Source of the DNA: Diplonema japonicum
Taxonomy: Eukaryota > Protista > Euglenozoa: Diplonemea
Direction of reading: 5' to 3'
Assembly: GCA_964019335.1 (NCBI GenBank)
Contig: OZ025703.1
Coordinates: 451,001 to 515,000, forward strand
Length of the DNA: 64,000 bases
Shown: positions 24,863 to 38,428 of the stretch, piece by piece
Layout: each line of letters opens with the position of its first letter
How positions within the stretch are numbered: position 1 is the first letter of the stretch
The notes under the pieces: generated by a model
What the model was told of the DNA's origin: nothing
The model's input: the letters and a program-made list of their open reading frames with translations, nothing else
The model's database searches: none
Translations under genes and position numbers: made by a program

Positions 24863-27343
24863 ATGGTGAAAATAGAAGTGTTGTTGGCGGTGGCCGTTGT
24901 GGCAGTGGGTGTGCAGGGGGTGACATATGAGCTGACGAACACAGACCAAGGGGTGTTCTCTCTCAAGCAGGGAAGCGGGAGTGTGGCGGACACGTTGGTG
25001 TGGGAAGAGGAGAAGAACCCACAGTACAACCGAACAACCTTCGACCAGGCGTACATGGACACAGCAAAGGTACCAGGAGATCCAGCTACCTCCCCGCTGC
25101 AGGGGATCAGCTACAGCGCACCTGCACAAAACAGTACTAATTCTACAATATCTGCCTTTGTGACACAGGGCAACAACTCCGACCGCATCTACGAAGTCAC
25201 ATCGAGCACCTACTATGTGGAGTTCTACTCCTATGCACCTTATATCATGTTTGTAACCTTCGATCCCTCCACCTCTAGCCTCCACGAGTGCTCCGTTGTC
25301 CTCGGTATATCAGGTCCCTCAGGCAGTACCTTTTCTTGCGGCAACAGCACCAACACCAACCTCGCCCGCTACGAGCAGATCCTTGCCTCCGACGTGCAGG
25401 GTGTGCGGAGCACTAGCATCACCTTCTACGTGGACGACTCACTGCCGCAGGTCTTCCATACTGCGTACATCGACATTGGGGTCCAGAGGCTCTTCAGATG
25501 GCACCAGATGGAAGGCATGACCGCGTCCATAAAGGATAAAAATGATAAAAGAACAAAAGAAGCGCGGATCACCACAGCGTTCCTCTTCCTAGCTGTGGCG
25601 TTGGGGATGTTCGTGTGGTCGCTCATTGCAGGTCTTCTGTTCGCGTGGCTGGTGCAACCCATCCCAGTTCATGCAAAAATTGAGGCCAGGTTCAGCGGGG
25701 AGGCAGGCAAGGTATTATCAACACCCGTATCCACTCCTTTGTACAGGTTAAGTTCAACACTGTGATACTAAGTGCCATCGCCGTGGTGATCAACTTTACT
25801 GTCTCGGGAGCTGCTGGGTTCACCGGTTGGTATGTTGACGCAACAACTGCGGCACACACACGTACAGGTTCGTGATCGGTGTGCTGTACTTCCTGCTGAT
25901 CATTGGAATTGCCATTTACACTTGTGTTATTCGCATCAAGCACAGGAAAGACCCCTCACCGTCGTCCAGCGTGCAACCTGAGGTAGAAACTGCTCCAGAC
26001 AGTCCTGCCCAGGGTGAGGAGGCGAAGCCGGACGATGAGGTTAAACCAGATGAAGAGAACAGAACAAGTGATAGCTGCGGGAGGGACGAGAACTGGCTGG
26101 CGTCAAGGGGGAACCTGGCGCACATGGGGAGAAAACAATTCATCTTGATGCTGTCGTACCTTGGGGCGATGGTGTTGCTGGTCATCGTTCTGCTGCTGAT
26201 TGTGTACACGTGGACAGTCGAGGACTACGTGATCTACGACAGGCACGAACAGCAACAGCAGGTGGAAGATATCCCACCTCTGACCGCAAAGGCAGTGCAG
26301 TTCATGTATGCATGGAACGGGCTTGCAACTAACATGAAGCTGCACCTGTACACTAAGTGGCTGACACAGTGGTGTGGAAGGCGCTACAAGGCTTCCCTCT
26401 CCGACAGCGGGAAGGACTCGCAGATCAGGGACGCCTTCATCACAGAGTACGCCATTGACATGTCTGAGTATAACCCATCGGACTACAGGGCATACTCCTC
26501 TGTCAACGAGTGGTTCATCAGGCACCTCGCTCCAGGCGTGCGACCCTTGGCCGCTGAAAGGCTGGCTGTGGCGTCGCCCACACACCGTGCCCCCGCGGAC
26601 CATATAGGGATTGTACACAGCCCTGCCGACTGCAGGATGCTCATCTTCCCTACCCTGGACAACTCAAGGGTGTGGATCAAGGGGAGCAATTTTAACTACG
26701 GTGAACTGGTATGTCATGTGGCACAATTCGAGGGGGGAAAAACAAACCTTCTTTTTTTTTTCCACATCACAGCTGGACGGGAGAGGGAACTGGTCGACAG
26801 TGTTCGAGCAGGGGAGCATGGTCATCGCAAGACTAGCTCCGCAGGACTACCACCGGTTCAACTCGCCTATTAACGGGACTATTGCAGAGCAGTGGGACAT
26901 CGATGGGACGTACTGGAGCGTCAACGCTGACGCAGCAAAGTCGAAGAACTATGCCTTCTACAACCTGAGGAGGGTTGTCATCATGAGGTACACAAAGCCC
27001 AGCGGTGCGGTTAAGCACCTGGCATACGTCGCTATCGGGGCTACCTGTGTTGGGTCCGTCGTCTTCACCTATGATGCCACTGCACCCATTCCAGCTGGGG
27101 GGGAGCTGGGGTTCATGCAGTTTGGTGGATCCACCGTTATCATATTAATGGAGAAGGTATGTTGTCCTGTTTAAGGAAACAACACGCACACAGGACGAGC
27201 TCATCCCCGACGACGATATAGTGTACAACTCTGCAAAGCCTGTTGAATCCTATATTAAGGTATGGGAAGGAAGGGCGGGAGGAATCCTTTTTTTTTATAC
27301 AATTTAACAGGTCGGCGAAAGACTAGGCATACTAAGCACGTAG
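24863..27343 (+). CDS. psd: Phosphatidylserine decarboxylase with signal peptide, N-terminal ectodomain and 4 TM segments
   Basis: SPADCR, IKG, RLAPQDYHRF, IGATCVGS and FGGST (self-cleavage/pyruvoyl site). Introns 25712-25746, 25830-25867, 26709-26772, 27157-27193, 27260-27310. Confidence 0.9.
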
Positions 27344-28269
27344 AAGTACGTGTTTTTCTTTCTTTTTTTTTTTTGAAACGAAGAAGACATGTGGTGTGGT
27401 ATCTCTGACCCTTTGGTGTGTGGGGGGGGGGGGGGGGGGGGGCGTTGCTGACCCCCCCATTCATTGTGAATTTTTGTCCCTCTCTTTTTTTCTTGGGGGT
27501 GAACGATTTTTTTTTATTGTGTGATGCCCTCAAAATGTGCAGACGGGGAGCAGCCTCCGTGCTGTGGGTTGGGATGTTTGCTCGCAAATCCAAGCGGTTT
27601 GTGGAGTAACTAGAGGTCACTCTTCGATAGTAAGCCAGCAGGGGTAAGAAACTGCAGCCGTCACGGCCGGGAACTGGAAGAAGGAGAATGACACTTTTTA
27701 TTTTTATTCTTCTTCCATTCTCTCTACACATTTCTTATCAGTTATTGTTCTTTGATATGTAAATACTAAGGCATGTCCTTACGTTATTCTCTTTTTTCTT
27801 CTTCTTCTTTTTTTTTTTTTTAGTCCGTAGTAGTGGGCGTGATTCTATTTTTTTCTTGTTTTATTTTCTCAGCACTCTTTTCTTTCACTTCTGGTTCCTT
27901 TTTTTTTTTTCTCTTCAGAAGGGAAAGACAGAATAAATACAATTTCTTTTTGATGAACACCACCCCTCTCTTTTTTTTTTTTTTGAATTTAAAAGTCTGA
28001 ATTTTCTTTTTTTTTTTCCAATTTATTTATGTCACATCTTCGGCATCTCTATTCTGCGCGCACCTGCTGGATGTCCTCCTGGCCGAGGATCACCTCTTCG
28101 GCTTTTTTGCTCTAGCCAAGCCTTGCCCCCCTGGCACGGGCACATGGATAGCCTGTGGAGCACTTGCCGTGGCACTCGTAGACCCACTGGCGCCAGCACG
28201 GCTAGCTCAGGATTGGGAATGTCAATAGCGGCAATTTGTGGAGGCGCATCTCTCGCCCCCCCCCCAGCT

Positions 28270-28436
28270 GCTGGCAGGAAACGTGGAAACGTTTCCGTTC
28301 CCGTTTCCGTTTCCATACTTTTCAAAATTCTTATGGAAACGGCTTCCTTCTTAAGGAAACATAAGGAAACGTTTCCGTATCCTTTTCCGTTTCCCTTTTT
28401 TTCAAAAAATGCATGGAAACGCGTTTCCATGCCAGC
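28270..28436. repeat. GGAAAC/GTTTCC-rich element with inverted termini (MITE-like)
   Basis: Termini GCTGGCA(-)GGAAACG / CGTTTCCATGCCAGC; two ~80-nt-period internal direct copies; perfect 22-bp palindrome at 28411-28432. Confidence 0.65.
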
Positions 28437-28443
28437 ATAGCCC

Positions 28444-28817
28444 TAGGGGGGGTCATATGGTCCTTAAAAAGGGCCACTTTTTGCGCTTTTTCAGGCTCTT
28501 CGCCAAGGGCATTTTGGGCCCTTAAAAAAACTGTAACCACTCCAAAAGTGCCCACAAATCACCCAAACCCCCGTTTCCCGATGGTTTCCAGCAACATAAA
28601 ATAGGGGCCCTAGGATTACATAGGGAAAGTACCAAACGGGGGCCCCAAAATTAGAACATGATTCTAGGCACTTCTGGGGCCGGAAACCATCGGGAAACGG
28701 GGGTTTGGGTGATTTGTGGGCACTTTTGGGGTGGTTACAGTTTTTTTAAGGGCCCAAAATGCCCTTGGCGAAGAGCCTGAAAAAGGGCAAATAACGACCC
28801 CCTTATGACCCCCCCTA
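28444..28817. mobile_element. Foldback/MITE-like non-autonomous element
   Basis: Outer TIR TAGGGGGGGTCATA / TATGACCCCCCCTA; inner 110-bp inverted arms 28480-28589 and 28682-28791 with 2 mismatches; 92-nt spacer. Confidence 0.7.
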
Positions 28818-28908
28818 CCCCCCTCCCCCCGAAACTGAGAATGTAGCCAGCGCCAACTGGCCTACAATTCAATCACCCCCATTTAAAAAAAAAAAACAGG
28901 ACGAAAAC

Positions 28909-31900
28909 ATGGCGGAAGCTGAGCTGGAAGACCTGAAGAGAAAGCAGAAAATATGGCAAGATAAGGTAAAGGAAAAAGTAAGGCAGGTTGAACTCGAGAG
29001 AGACGAGTACAAGGATGAAGCACAGCGCCACGTGTCCGCCATAGATGCATACAAAGAAATGATAAAGAACTACCAGGATGACTTGCTGAACAAAGAAGAG
29101 AAGCAAGAGAAGGAAAAGGAGACGGAGAAGAAACTGAAACAGCTGGACACCGAGTACACCGAGAAGGTGGACTTCTACAAGGACTACGTTGCGAAGCTAG
29201 ACACGATGCTGCAGGAACGCAACTCCACTATCGATGCACTTAAAAGAGGCCTCTCCGACAATGCATTGGACGAAGAGCTCAGCCGCCACAAGCAAAGCAT
29301 CGATCTGTTTGACTTAGAACGCCGCGAGCACAAGATGACCATCGACAACCTCAATCTCCAGCTCGATAGGCTCCGGTGCGAAATCGGGGGTGGCGTCCCT
29401 CCACCAGAGACACAGGTCGACGAGCTCCTCTCCCAAAACCTCAAACTCAAACAAGAGCTCCAAGGCATGGAACGGCACATGCTCGAACAGCAGTCTCTCT
29501 ATCGCGAGCTTGGCATCAAGGAATGCCAGCTTACCGCCGCCTACGAGGAGTCTGTCAAAGAGAACAAAGAAAACGAAAAGCGCCTTGCGATGTGGAAGGA
29601 AAAGGCAAAGGAAAAACTGAACGAAAAGGACGAGGAGCTCGCGATGATCAAAGAGAAGTTCCACATATTCCAAACGCGCGCAAAGACGGCGCACGCTCAG
29701 GAACGGGAGGAAAAGGAAAAACTGGTTGCACAACTTCAGGCTCGTGAAGGATCCGACGCCGCCCCTGCAAGTGGCAGTGGCGACGAGCAGCTGCGCGCTG
29801 AGTGCGACGACCTGCACCTGAAGCTCTCAGAGATGGAAACCGAGCTGCGTGTGATGCGCAGCAACAACGAGGACCTGACCGACAGGTGCGCCGAGCTGCA
29901 GGAATCCACCACACAACTGACCAGCGCAATAGACCAAACTCAGGTGGAGAAGCAGTCTTTGCTCACTCAATTGGAAACCATGCAAAATGCAGCAGACGGC
30001 AACACCTCTTTGGAACAAGTCTTGATCGAGACCAGGCGTGAGCTAGAGGCTGCTAAGCGGGAATCGTCTGAAGCACATGCACAGGCTGAGGCAAGCGAGG
30101 CGAGTAAAGCAACTGCTGCACAGCAGCTTGAGGAATACAAGGACAAACAGAACCAATTTAAGGAGATGGTGAAGGGGAGATTGGATGAAAGCAAAGCAGA
30201 GGTCGCAGCACTTGAAGAGGAGCTCGTCGCGAAGAGAGCAGCTGAGGCTGAGCACAGCAGCAGTGCAGCAGCGCTTCGGGAGGAGCTGCAGAACAAGACA
30301 GCTGAGCTGGCGAACATTCAAGAGACATTACAAGCCACAGGAACTGGCATCCAACAGGAGCTAGCGACGGCTAGGGAGGAGACAGAAGCCGCGAAGCGTG
30401 AAGCGGTCGAAGTGAAAACACAGCTTGATGAGAGGGAGGCAGAAAAAGCTGCAGCAGAACAGCTATTAAAGGAAAGCAATGAAAAACAGGAGGTGGCAAT
30501 GGGGGAGATCAATGAGTGCAAAGAGAGGATCGCATCACTCGAAGACGAACTTGCATCGAAAGAGACAGCAGAAGGGGAGCTGACCAGCACTATCACCTCG
30601 CTTCGAGAAGAGCTGCAGAACAAGACAGCTGAGCTGTCCAACATCCAGGAAGCTCTTCAGGAGACAGGCAGCAACCTTCAGCAAGAGCTAGCAGTGACAA
30701 AGGAAGAATCCGAAGCTGCTAAGCGCGAGGTAGAAGCTTTAAGAGAAGAAGACATTAAGAAGGAAGCGGTGACAGAAGAGCTCAGAAGATCTGCCGCATC
30801 ACTACAAGAACAGCTGCAGAGCCAGGGAAAGACAGATAACGTGGCAATGGAAGAGCTTCGTGACGAGCTGCAGACCAGGACAACTGCACTTGAAAACACC
30901 CTGCAAGAACTTGCGGCAGCAAAGGAAGAAGCCGAAGAAGCGAAGCGTGAGACTGCAGTGGCACGGGATTGCCTTGAAAGTTATGAAGATAAGCAGAAGG
31001 AAGTGACAGGGGAGTTCGAAGAAAGCAAAGAGAAGATTGCATCACTCGAAGGTGAGCTTGAAGCGAAAACAGCCGGGGCGGAAGAGCTGACCGGCACCAT
31101 CACCTCTCTTCAGGAAGAACTTCAGAACAAGACAACCGAACTTGCGAACATCCAAGAGACTCTTCAAGAGACAGGCAGCAACCTTCAGCAAGAGCTTGCG
31201 GCAGCAAAGGAAGAATCTGAAGCAGCGAAGTGCAAGGTGGTTGAGGCACAGGAAGAGCTTGAATCGCTGAAGAAGCAGTGCGAGGAGAAGGAAGCAACCA
31301 ACGTGGCAACCGAGCAGAAGCTCAACGATTACAAGGAAAAACAGAACCAGTTCAAGGAGATGGTGAAGGAGAAGTTTGATACAAGCAAAGAGAAGATTGC
31401 ATCACTCAACAATGAACTTGAAGCGAAAACAACTGCGGCAGAAGAGCTGACTGGCACCATTACCTCTCTTCAGGAAGAACTTCAGAACAAGACAACCGAG
31501 CTTGCGAACATCCAAGAGACTCTTCAAGAGACCGGTAGCAACCTTCAACAAGAGCTTGCAGCAGCAAAGGAGGAATCTGAAACTACTAAGCGTGAAGTGA
31601 CTGAGGCACAAGTTGCTACCATGCAACATTTTGAGGAGTACAAGACTGAAATGCAAGGCGAGCTTGCGCGGAGCAAGGAAAATATTTCCTCACTTGAAGC
31701 CGAGTTGTCTACAGGCGAAGCCAAGAGAGAAGAGCTGACCGGCACTGTTGGATCGCTCCAAGAAGAGCTTCAAAAGAAAACAGCCGAGCTTGCGAACATC
31801 CAAGAGACACTTCAAGAGACCGGCAGCAACCTTCAGCAAGAGCTTGCAGCAACAAAGGAGGAATCTGAAGCAGCGAAACGTAAAGTGACTGAGGCACAAG

Positions 31901-34900
31901 AAGAGCTTGAATCGCTGAAGAAGCAGTGCGAGGAGAAGGAAGCAACCAACGTGGCAACCGAGCAGAAGCTTGACGAATACAAGGAAAAACAGAACCAGTT
32001 CAAGGAGATGGTGAAGGAGAAGTTTGATACAAGCAAAGAGAAGATTGCATCACTCAACAATGAACTTGAAGTGAAAACAAGTGCGGCAGAAGAGCTGACT
32101 GGCACCATCACCTCTCTTCAGGAAGAACTTCAGAACAAGACAATCGAACTTGCGAACATCCAAGAGACTCTTCAAGAGACCGGTAGCAACCTTCAACAAG
32201 AGCTTGCAGCAGCAAAGGAGGAATCTGAAGCAGCGAAACGCGAAACTGCCGAGGAACAGGAGAAGCTTGCTTCTCTTGAATCTAAAAATGAAATGAAAGA
32301 AGCACAACTTTTGGAGGCGCAGCAGAAGTTCAGGGAAAGTGAAGAGAGGGTTGCATCACTCGAAAGCGAGCTTGCATTGAAGGTGACAGCAGAAGAAGAA
32401 CTGAATGGAAACAATGCCTCACTTCAAGAAGAGCTTCAGAGTAAGGTAGCAGAGCTCGCGAATATCCAAGAGGCTCTTCAAGAGACTGGCAGCAACCTTC
32501 AGCAGGAGCTTGCAGCAGCAAAAGAAGAATCTGAATCCGCAAAACGTGAGGTTGCTGAGGTACGAGAAGAAAAGGAACAGCAGTTTGAAGAATTCAAGGT
32601 GAAAACAGCGTCACTCGAAAGTGAGCTTCAGGACAAAACAGCTGAGCTTCAGAGCCAAGAGACGGAGCTAACAAACATCCAAGAGACTCTTCAAGAGACA
32701 GGCAGCAACCTTCAGCAAGAGCTTGCGGCAGCAAAGGAAGAATCTGAAGCAGCGAAGTGCAAGGTGGTTGAGGCACAAGAAGAGCTTGAATCGCTGAAGA
32801 AGCAGTGCGAGGAGAAGGAAGCAACCAACGTGGCAACCGAGCAGAAGCTCAACGATTACAAGGAAAAACAGAACCAGTTCAAGGAGATGGTGAAGGAGAA
32901 GTTTGATACAAGCAAAGAGAAGATTGCATCACTCAACAATGAACTTGAAGCGAAAACAACTGCGGCAGAAGAGCTGACTGGCACCATTGCCTCTCTTCAG
33001 GAAGAACTTCAGAACAAGACAACCGAGCTTGCGAACATCCAAGAGACTCTTCAAGAGACCGGTAGCAACCTTCAGCAGGAGCTTGCAGCAGCAAAGGAGG
33101 AATCTGAAACCGCAAAACGCGAGCTTGCTGAGGTACAAGAACAACTGGAAGCACTAGAAGGCGAATGTGCGGAGAAGGAGCAGCAGTTTGAGGGATTCAA
33201 GGAAAAAGCAGTGTTGCTCGAGGGTGAGATCGCTGCTCGAGACTCGGAACTAAAAAGCGCAGAAACCATCCAAGAGGCTCTTCAGCAAGAGCTTGCAGCA
33301 GCAAAGGAGGAATTCGAAGAGGCGAAGCGTGAGGCTGCAGTGGCGCGGGATAGCCTTGAAAGTTATGAAGATAAGCAGAACCAGTACAGCGAGGATGTGA
33401 AACGGGAGTTCGAAGAAAGCAAAGAGAAGATTGCATCACTCGAAGGTGAACTTGAAGCGAAAACAACTGCTGCAGAAGAGCTGACCGGCACCATTACCTC
33501 TCTTCAGGAAGAGCTTCAGAACAAATCAGCCGAGCTTGCGAACATCCAAGAGACACTTCAAGAGACTGGTAGCAACCTTCAGCAAGAGCTTGCGGCAACA
33601 AAGGAGGAATCTGAAGCAGCGAAGTGCAAGGTGGTTGAGGCACAGGAAGAGCTTGAATCGCTGAAGAAGCAGTGCGAGGAGAAGGAAGCAACCAACGTGG
33701 CAACCGAGCAGAAGCTTGACGAATACAAGGAAAAACAGAACCAGTTCAAGGAGATGGTGAAGGAGAAGTTTGATAAGAGCAAAGAGAAGATTGCATCACT
33801 CAACAATGAACTTGAAGTGAAAACAAGTGCGGCAGAAGAGCTGACTGGTACCATTACCTCTCTTCAGGAAGAACTTCAGAACAAGACAACCGAACTTGCG
33901 AACATCCAAGAGACTCTTCAAGAGACCGGTAGCAACCTTCAACAAGAGCTTGCAGCAGCAAAGGAGGAATCTGAAGCAGCGAAACGCGAAACTGCCGAGG
34001 AACAGGAGAAGCTTGCTTCCCTTGAATCTGAAAATGAAATGAAAAAAGCACAACTTTTGGAGGCGCAGCAGAAGTTCAAGGAAAGTGAAGAGAGGGTTGC
34101 ATCACTCGAAAGCGAGCTTGCATTGAAGGTGACAGCAGAAGAAGAACTGAACGGAAACAATGCCTCACTTCAAGAAGAGCTTCAGAGTAAGGTAGCAGAG
34201 CTCGCGAATATCCAAGAGGCTCTTCAAGAGACTGGCAGCAACCTTCAGCAGGAGCTTGCAGCAGCAAAAGAAGAATCTGAATCCGCAAAGCGTGAAGTGA
34301 CTGAGGTGCAAGAGCAGCTTGCGGTATTGAAGAACGAGTGTGAAGAGAAAGAGACCACTCGAGTTGCTGCTGAGCAGCAACTTGAATCTAACAGAGAGAA
34401 GTTCACCCAGTTCAAGGAGATGGCAAAGGGGAAGCTTGATGAATACAAAGAGAAAATCGCAACACTTGAAGGCGAACTTGCGTCGAAGGTGACAGCGGAA
34501 GGGGAGCTGAACAGCACCATTGTGTCGTTGCGAGAAGAACTTAGTGACAGGACAAGTGAACTAGCAGCCATCCAGGAGACTGGTAGCAACCTTCAGCAGG
34601 AGCTTGCGGCAGCAAAGGAAGAATCTGAAACTGCAAAGAGTGAGGTGACCAGGCTGAGCACTGCATACGGGGAAAAGGAAGCGAGCAGCATTGCTGTTGA
34701 AGAAGCATACAATGAGAAGCAGAACACACTCAAAGAGAAAATGAGGGGGAAGTTTGAAGAATACAAAGAGAAGATCGCATCATGCGAAGGCGAACTTGAG
34801 TCAAGCATGGCGACTTGCAGCAGCCTTCAGCAAGAACTTGCAGCAGCAAAAGAAGAATCCGAAGCTGCTCAGCGTGAACTTGAGGCACTCAAGGTTTCTT

Positions 34901-37486
34901 TTGATCAACAAACAGCACTGGGTGAGGAGTACAAAGAGAAGGAGCAACAGCTTGAGGCTGTCAGTGCTAAAGTTGCATCGCTTGAGGAGGAGCTCGCACT
35001 GAAAACAGAGGCAGAAGCCTCAGTAAATGAAGAGCTGGCAACAACAACAGTTGCACGTGAAGAGTTGACCAACGCAATTGTTGCCCTGAAAGACGAGCTT
35101 GCCACCGCACAGAAGCGCCTCGAAGAGACGGAAAGCCTTCATGAGAATCTTGCAGCAACTAAAGAGGAGCTGACTGCAAAGGAAGAGGAGTTGAACAGCA
35201 CCGTAGCGTTGCTAAAAGAGGAGCTGCAAGGCAAGACAGCTGAATTAGCAACCGTCCAAGAGACTCTTCAAGAGACCGGCAGTGACCTTCAGCAAGAGCT
35301 TGCAGCAGCGAAGGAAGAATCTGAAGCAGCGAAGTGTGAAGCGCAGCGGTTAGCAGCTGAAAGTGACGAGTTAAAAGCGAAGCAGGCAAAGTGGAAGGAG
35401 GTAGCTAAGGCCAAAATGGAACAAGAAGGAGAGAAGGTGCGGAATCTCGAAGGGGTCGTAGCGGAAAAGGAGCACGAACTCCAAGAACTGAAGGAGCAGG
35501 CAAAGCGGTTAAGTGAAGCAGTGGAACAAGCACGAGTACAACTTCAAGGTGCTGAGGCAAGTTTAGAAGCTGAGAGGAGCGAGAAATGCCGACTCAGCGA
35601 AGTGTTGCAGACTAGGGAAGATAGCATGGCAGCACTAGAGACGGCACGTGAGACAGCAAGCAAGGAGGCCGAAGAGGAACTAAAAAAGCTTGAGAACCTC
35701 CTTGAAGAAGCAAAGGGTAGAGACAGCGATCTGCAAGCAGCGGGATTGGAAAAAGAGAACTTGATACATAGCCTCGAAGCCGCGCAGAAAGAGTCGCAGC
35801 AGCTGAAGCAAGACTTGGTCGAAGTGACAGCTAAGAAAGATGAAGAACTGGCAGAATTCAAGACAAAGGTGAAAGAAAAGATCGATCAAAAGAAAGCAGA
35901 GGTGGAGGAGGAGAAACAGGCCATTCGGGACCAAGAGCAGAAGAGGATCGAGAACTTCAAGGTGAAGGCAAGATCAGTAAAAGAGGCGGACATGGTATGC
36001 AAGAAGACGTAGCAAGAACCGGCCACAGGAAATCATCAAGAACCTGCGCACCGAGATGATGACACTGAAGGACCAGTCTTCAGGGGCCACCGTTGAAGTA
36101 GCCGAGCTGCAGTCCAAATTGGAAGAAGTGTGTCTTTAAAGTATCACAATGCACCACACTACAGGCGACATTGAAGGTCGTAGAATTGGAAAATGCTCTC
36201 AAGCAGGCAAAAGCCACAGCTGAGGAGGAGGCCAGCAATATGAAATCCTCCAGCGACGAACAGCTGCAGAACACAATACAAAAGGCGAAGAGCAAAATCC
36301 GAGAGGTATGCACCTGTGCCGCACCAACCTATCTCCCACAGTACAAAGATGCATCGGAGATGCAGGCTGTGAGGGTTGCCGAGTGCGAGGAAGAGCTTGC
36401 TTCGAAACAAAACGAATTGTTCGGTCTGCAAGAACAGCTAGCTGCTGGTAACACCAAAATTTCAGAGCTGCAGGAAGAGGTACACCACCGCACCCACCAC
36501 ACACAACCAAAGGTCGACAAGAACACGGAGACAGCGCAGGAGGGCAACACGAAGTGTGTCAAACTTCTTGCCACAGTTGAAGATCTGCGCGAGGCCGCAA
36601 GGGGCTCCGAAGAGCAGCTGAATGAGGCCCAAGCGGCCCTCGCCACCGCCAAGGCTGAGTTGGCTGATATGCCTGTTCTGCAGACAACTGTCGAGGAGCT
36701 GAGGCTTCAGCTTAGCAATGCTGCAGTATGAATGCAACACAAATACCTACATCTGCACAGGAGCAACAAGAAGCAAGCTTGGCACAAGTTGCGGAAGCCT
36801 CTGAGAGGAAAAGGGAACTGGTATGCGAGAAAGCAAACCGCAGCCACACGTAGGAAGCATCTTACGGTGACTCCACGGCGACTATCGAAAACCTGAAAGC
36901 AGAGATTGCCACCGCTGGTGAGCGGGAGGTGGCCATCGCTGATGAACTCACGAAGATCAAAGATGAGCTCGCAGCAGTTGAGGAGGCAAAAGCCGTCCTT
37001 GAGGAAGCCAAGACACAGATGGATAAGGAGAAAAACGAAGCAGCAGAAGGCGATCCACAGAAGGCACAGACAGAAATCAAGAAACTCACAGATCACAATA
37101 CATACTTGAAGCAGCAGGTTCAGACACAGCAGGCAGAGCTAGAGAGGAAGAAGAAACATGGTGACAGATACTCGTTCCTGAAGGATGAAAATTTGGACTA
37201 CCTGAAGAACCTTGTGCTGCAGGTATGCATTTGTTCATGTTAACCATGGTTAGGTCGTTCTTGAGAAGCGCCCGCAAGTTAAGGAGCGCATGCTGCCTGT
37301 GCTTGATGAAATCCTAGAGCTTACGTATGCACATTTTTTTCTTTTGAAGGAGGCCGTGATTTGTTGCTCCTGCATCCTTCCATGTCCTTTGCAAGATTAT
37401 GGCATCAAACAATACACAGGGACTCCGAACGAGCTACTTTGAAGATCGAGTTCCCAGGTCTGAAGTTTAAACTCAGAAAAGCTTAG
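28909..37486 (+). CDS. GRIP-domain golgin (large coiled-coil trans-Golgi tether)
   Basis: A 2360-aa coiled-coil exon is followed by introns 35995-36028, 36128-36164, 36306-36341, 36480-36512, 36726-36760, 36821-36853, 37223-37253, 37325-37419, giving C-terminal NLDYLKNLVLQVVLEKRPQVKERMLPVLDEILELTDSE (GRIP consensus). Confidence 0.85.
30280..35340 (+). repeat. Coding repeat array within the golgin
   Basis: Recurring unit SLQEELQNKTTELANIQETLQETGSNLQQELAAAKEESE with alternating spacers; near-identical DNA blocks at offsets of 1527, 1746 and 2394 bp. Confidence 0.9.
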
Positions 37487-37655
37487 AACAAAACAAAACT
37501 TTTTTTTCCATTTCCCGTGTACTCTCACTAACCTCACGTCTTTCCTTTGTACAACCTTAGTGTGCTTTTTTTCCTTTCTTCCCCCTTTCTTCTTTCTCAT
37601 TTTCTTTTTTTTTGAATCCAGAACACTCACTTTGACCAAGCGAGTTGTCAGGGAT

Positions 37656-38357
37656 ATGTTTAGGGCGGCGACGTTCGTGGTAGTGGTGACGGTGCTCGCA
37701 GTTGAGGGCCTTCCACCACCACCACTACCCGTCCTGTGCGATGAGCGAGCTGCTAGCCCCAAAGATGTGTGCGTGGAGAGCGCGACGTTGAATCTAAAGA
37801 CGATGAAGTGTGTGTGCACTAAGGAAGGTTACGGTTGTGATACAAACCCAAGCTCACAGCTTGCAGGGACGTGTAGAAAGCTTAAAGGTTTGCTTTTCGT
37901 GCCCAATACCAACCCCCACACAGTCTCGTCCTCTTCCTCTGGCCCCTCGGGCGTAGAAATCTTGATGTTCGGCGCCATAATACTCTTCACGCTTTTCTGC
38001 CTTGGCAATATGGTCTTCTTCAATAAAAACAAACGGCTCCCTTATTGGGTGAACAACGCGTGCTGTACTTGCCCCCCAGTGGCGTCTTGCGACGAGCAAA
38101 AGAAAAAGACAACAATAGGTATCAACCACACAACGCGCAACACAACCGCAGATCGGAAAAACCCCATCGACGCACTTAGTAGAAGAGGTCCTGGGGCTGT
38201 CTCCATTCAGTAATTGTGTATATTTAGTGTTGCTTTTGTTAGAGCAGGATACACTTGCCTGTTGGTGACAGGAGAGGTGAACAAGTCTGCGCCTGCACAA
38301 TTTCGTTCCTCGGCCGCTTCGTGGGGGATGATCCTTGTGCCTCCTCCTCCTCGGTGA
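37656..38357 (+). CDS. Small type I membrane protein with a Cys-rich ectodomain
   Basis: Signal peptide MFRAATFVVVVTVLAVEG, 6 Cys, TM ILMFGAIILFTLFCLGNMVFF. The 3' end depends on putative intron 38210-38242 (otherwise 38213). Confidence 0.65.
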
Positions 38358-38428
38358 TGATGAGGTCGGTGGTGTTTTTTTTTTTTTTTTTTGTGAACAA
38401 GAATAAAAAGGAGTGGTAGGGGTGGAAG

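Noticed and set aside
30280-35340. CRISPR-like repeat-spacer pattern
   Set aside because: The repeats are in-frame coding units of a coiled-coil protein, the spacers themselves recur, and no cas genes are present.
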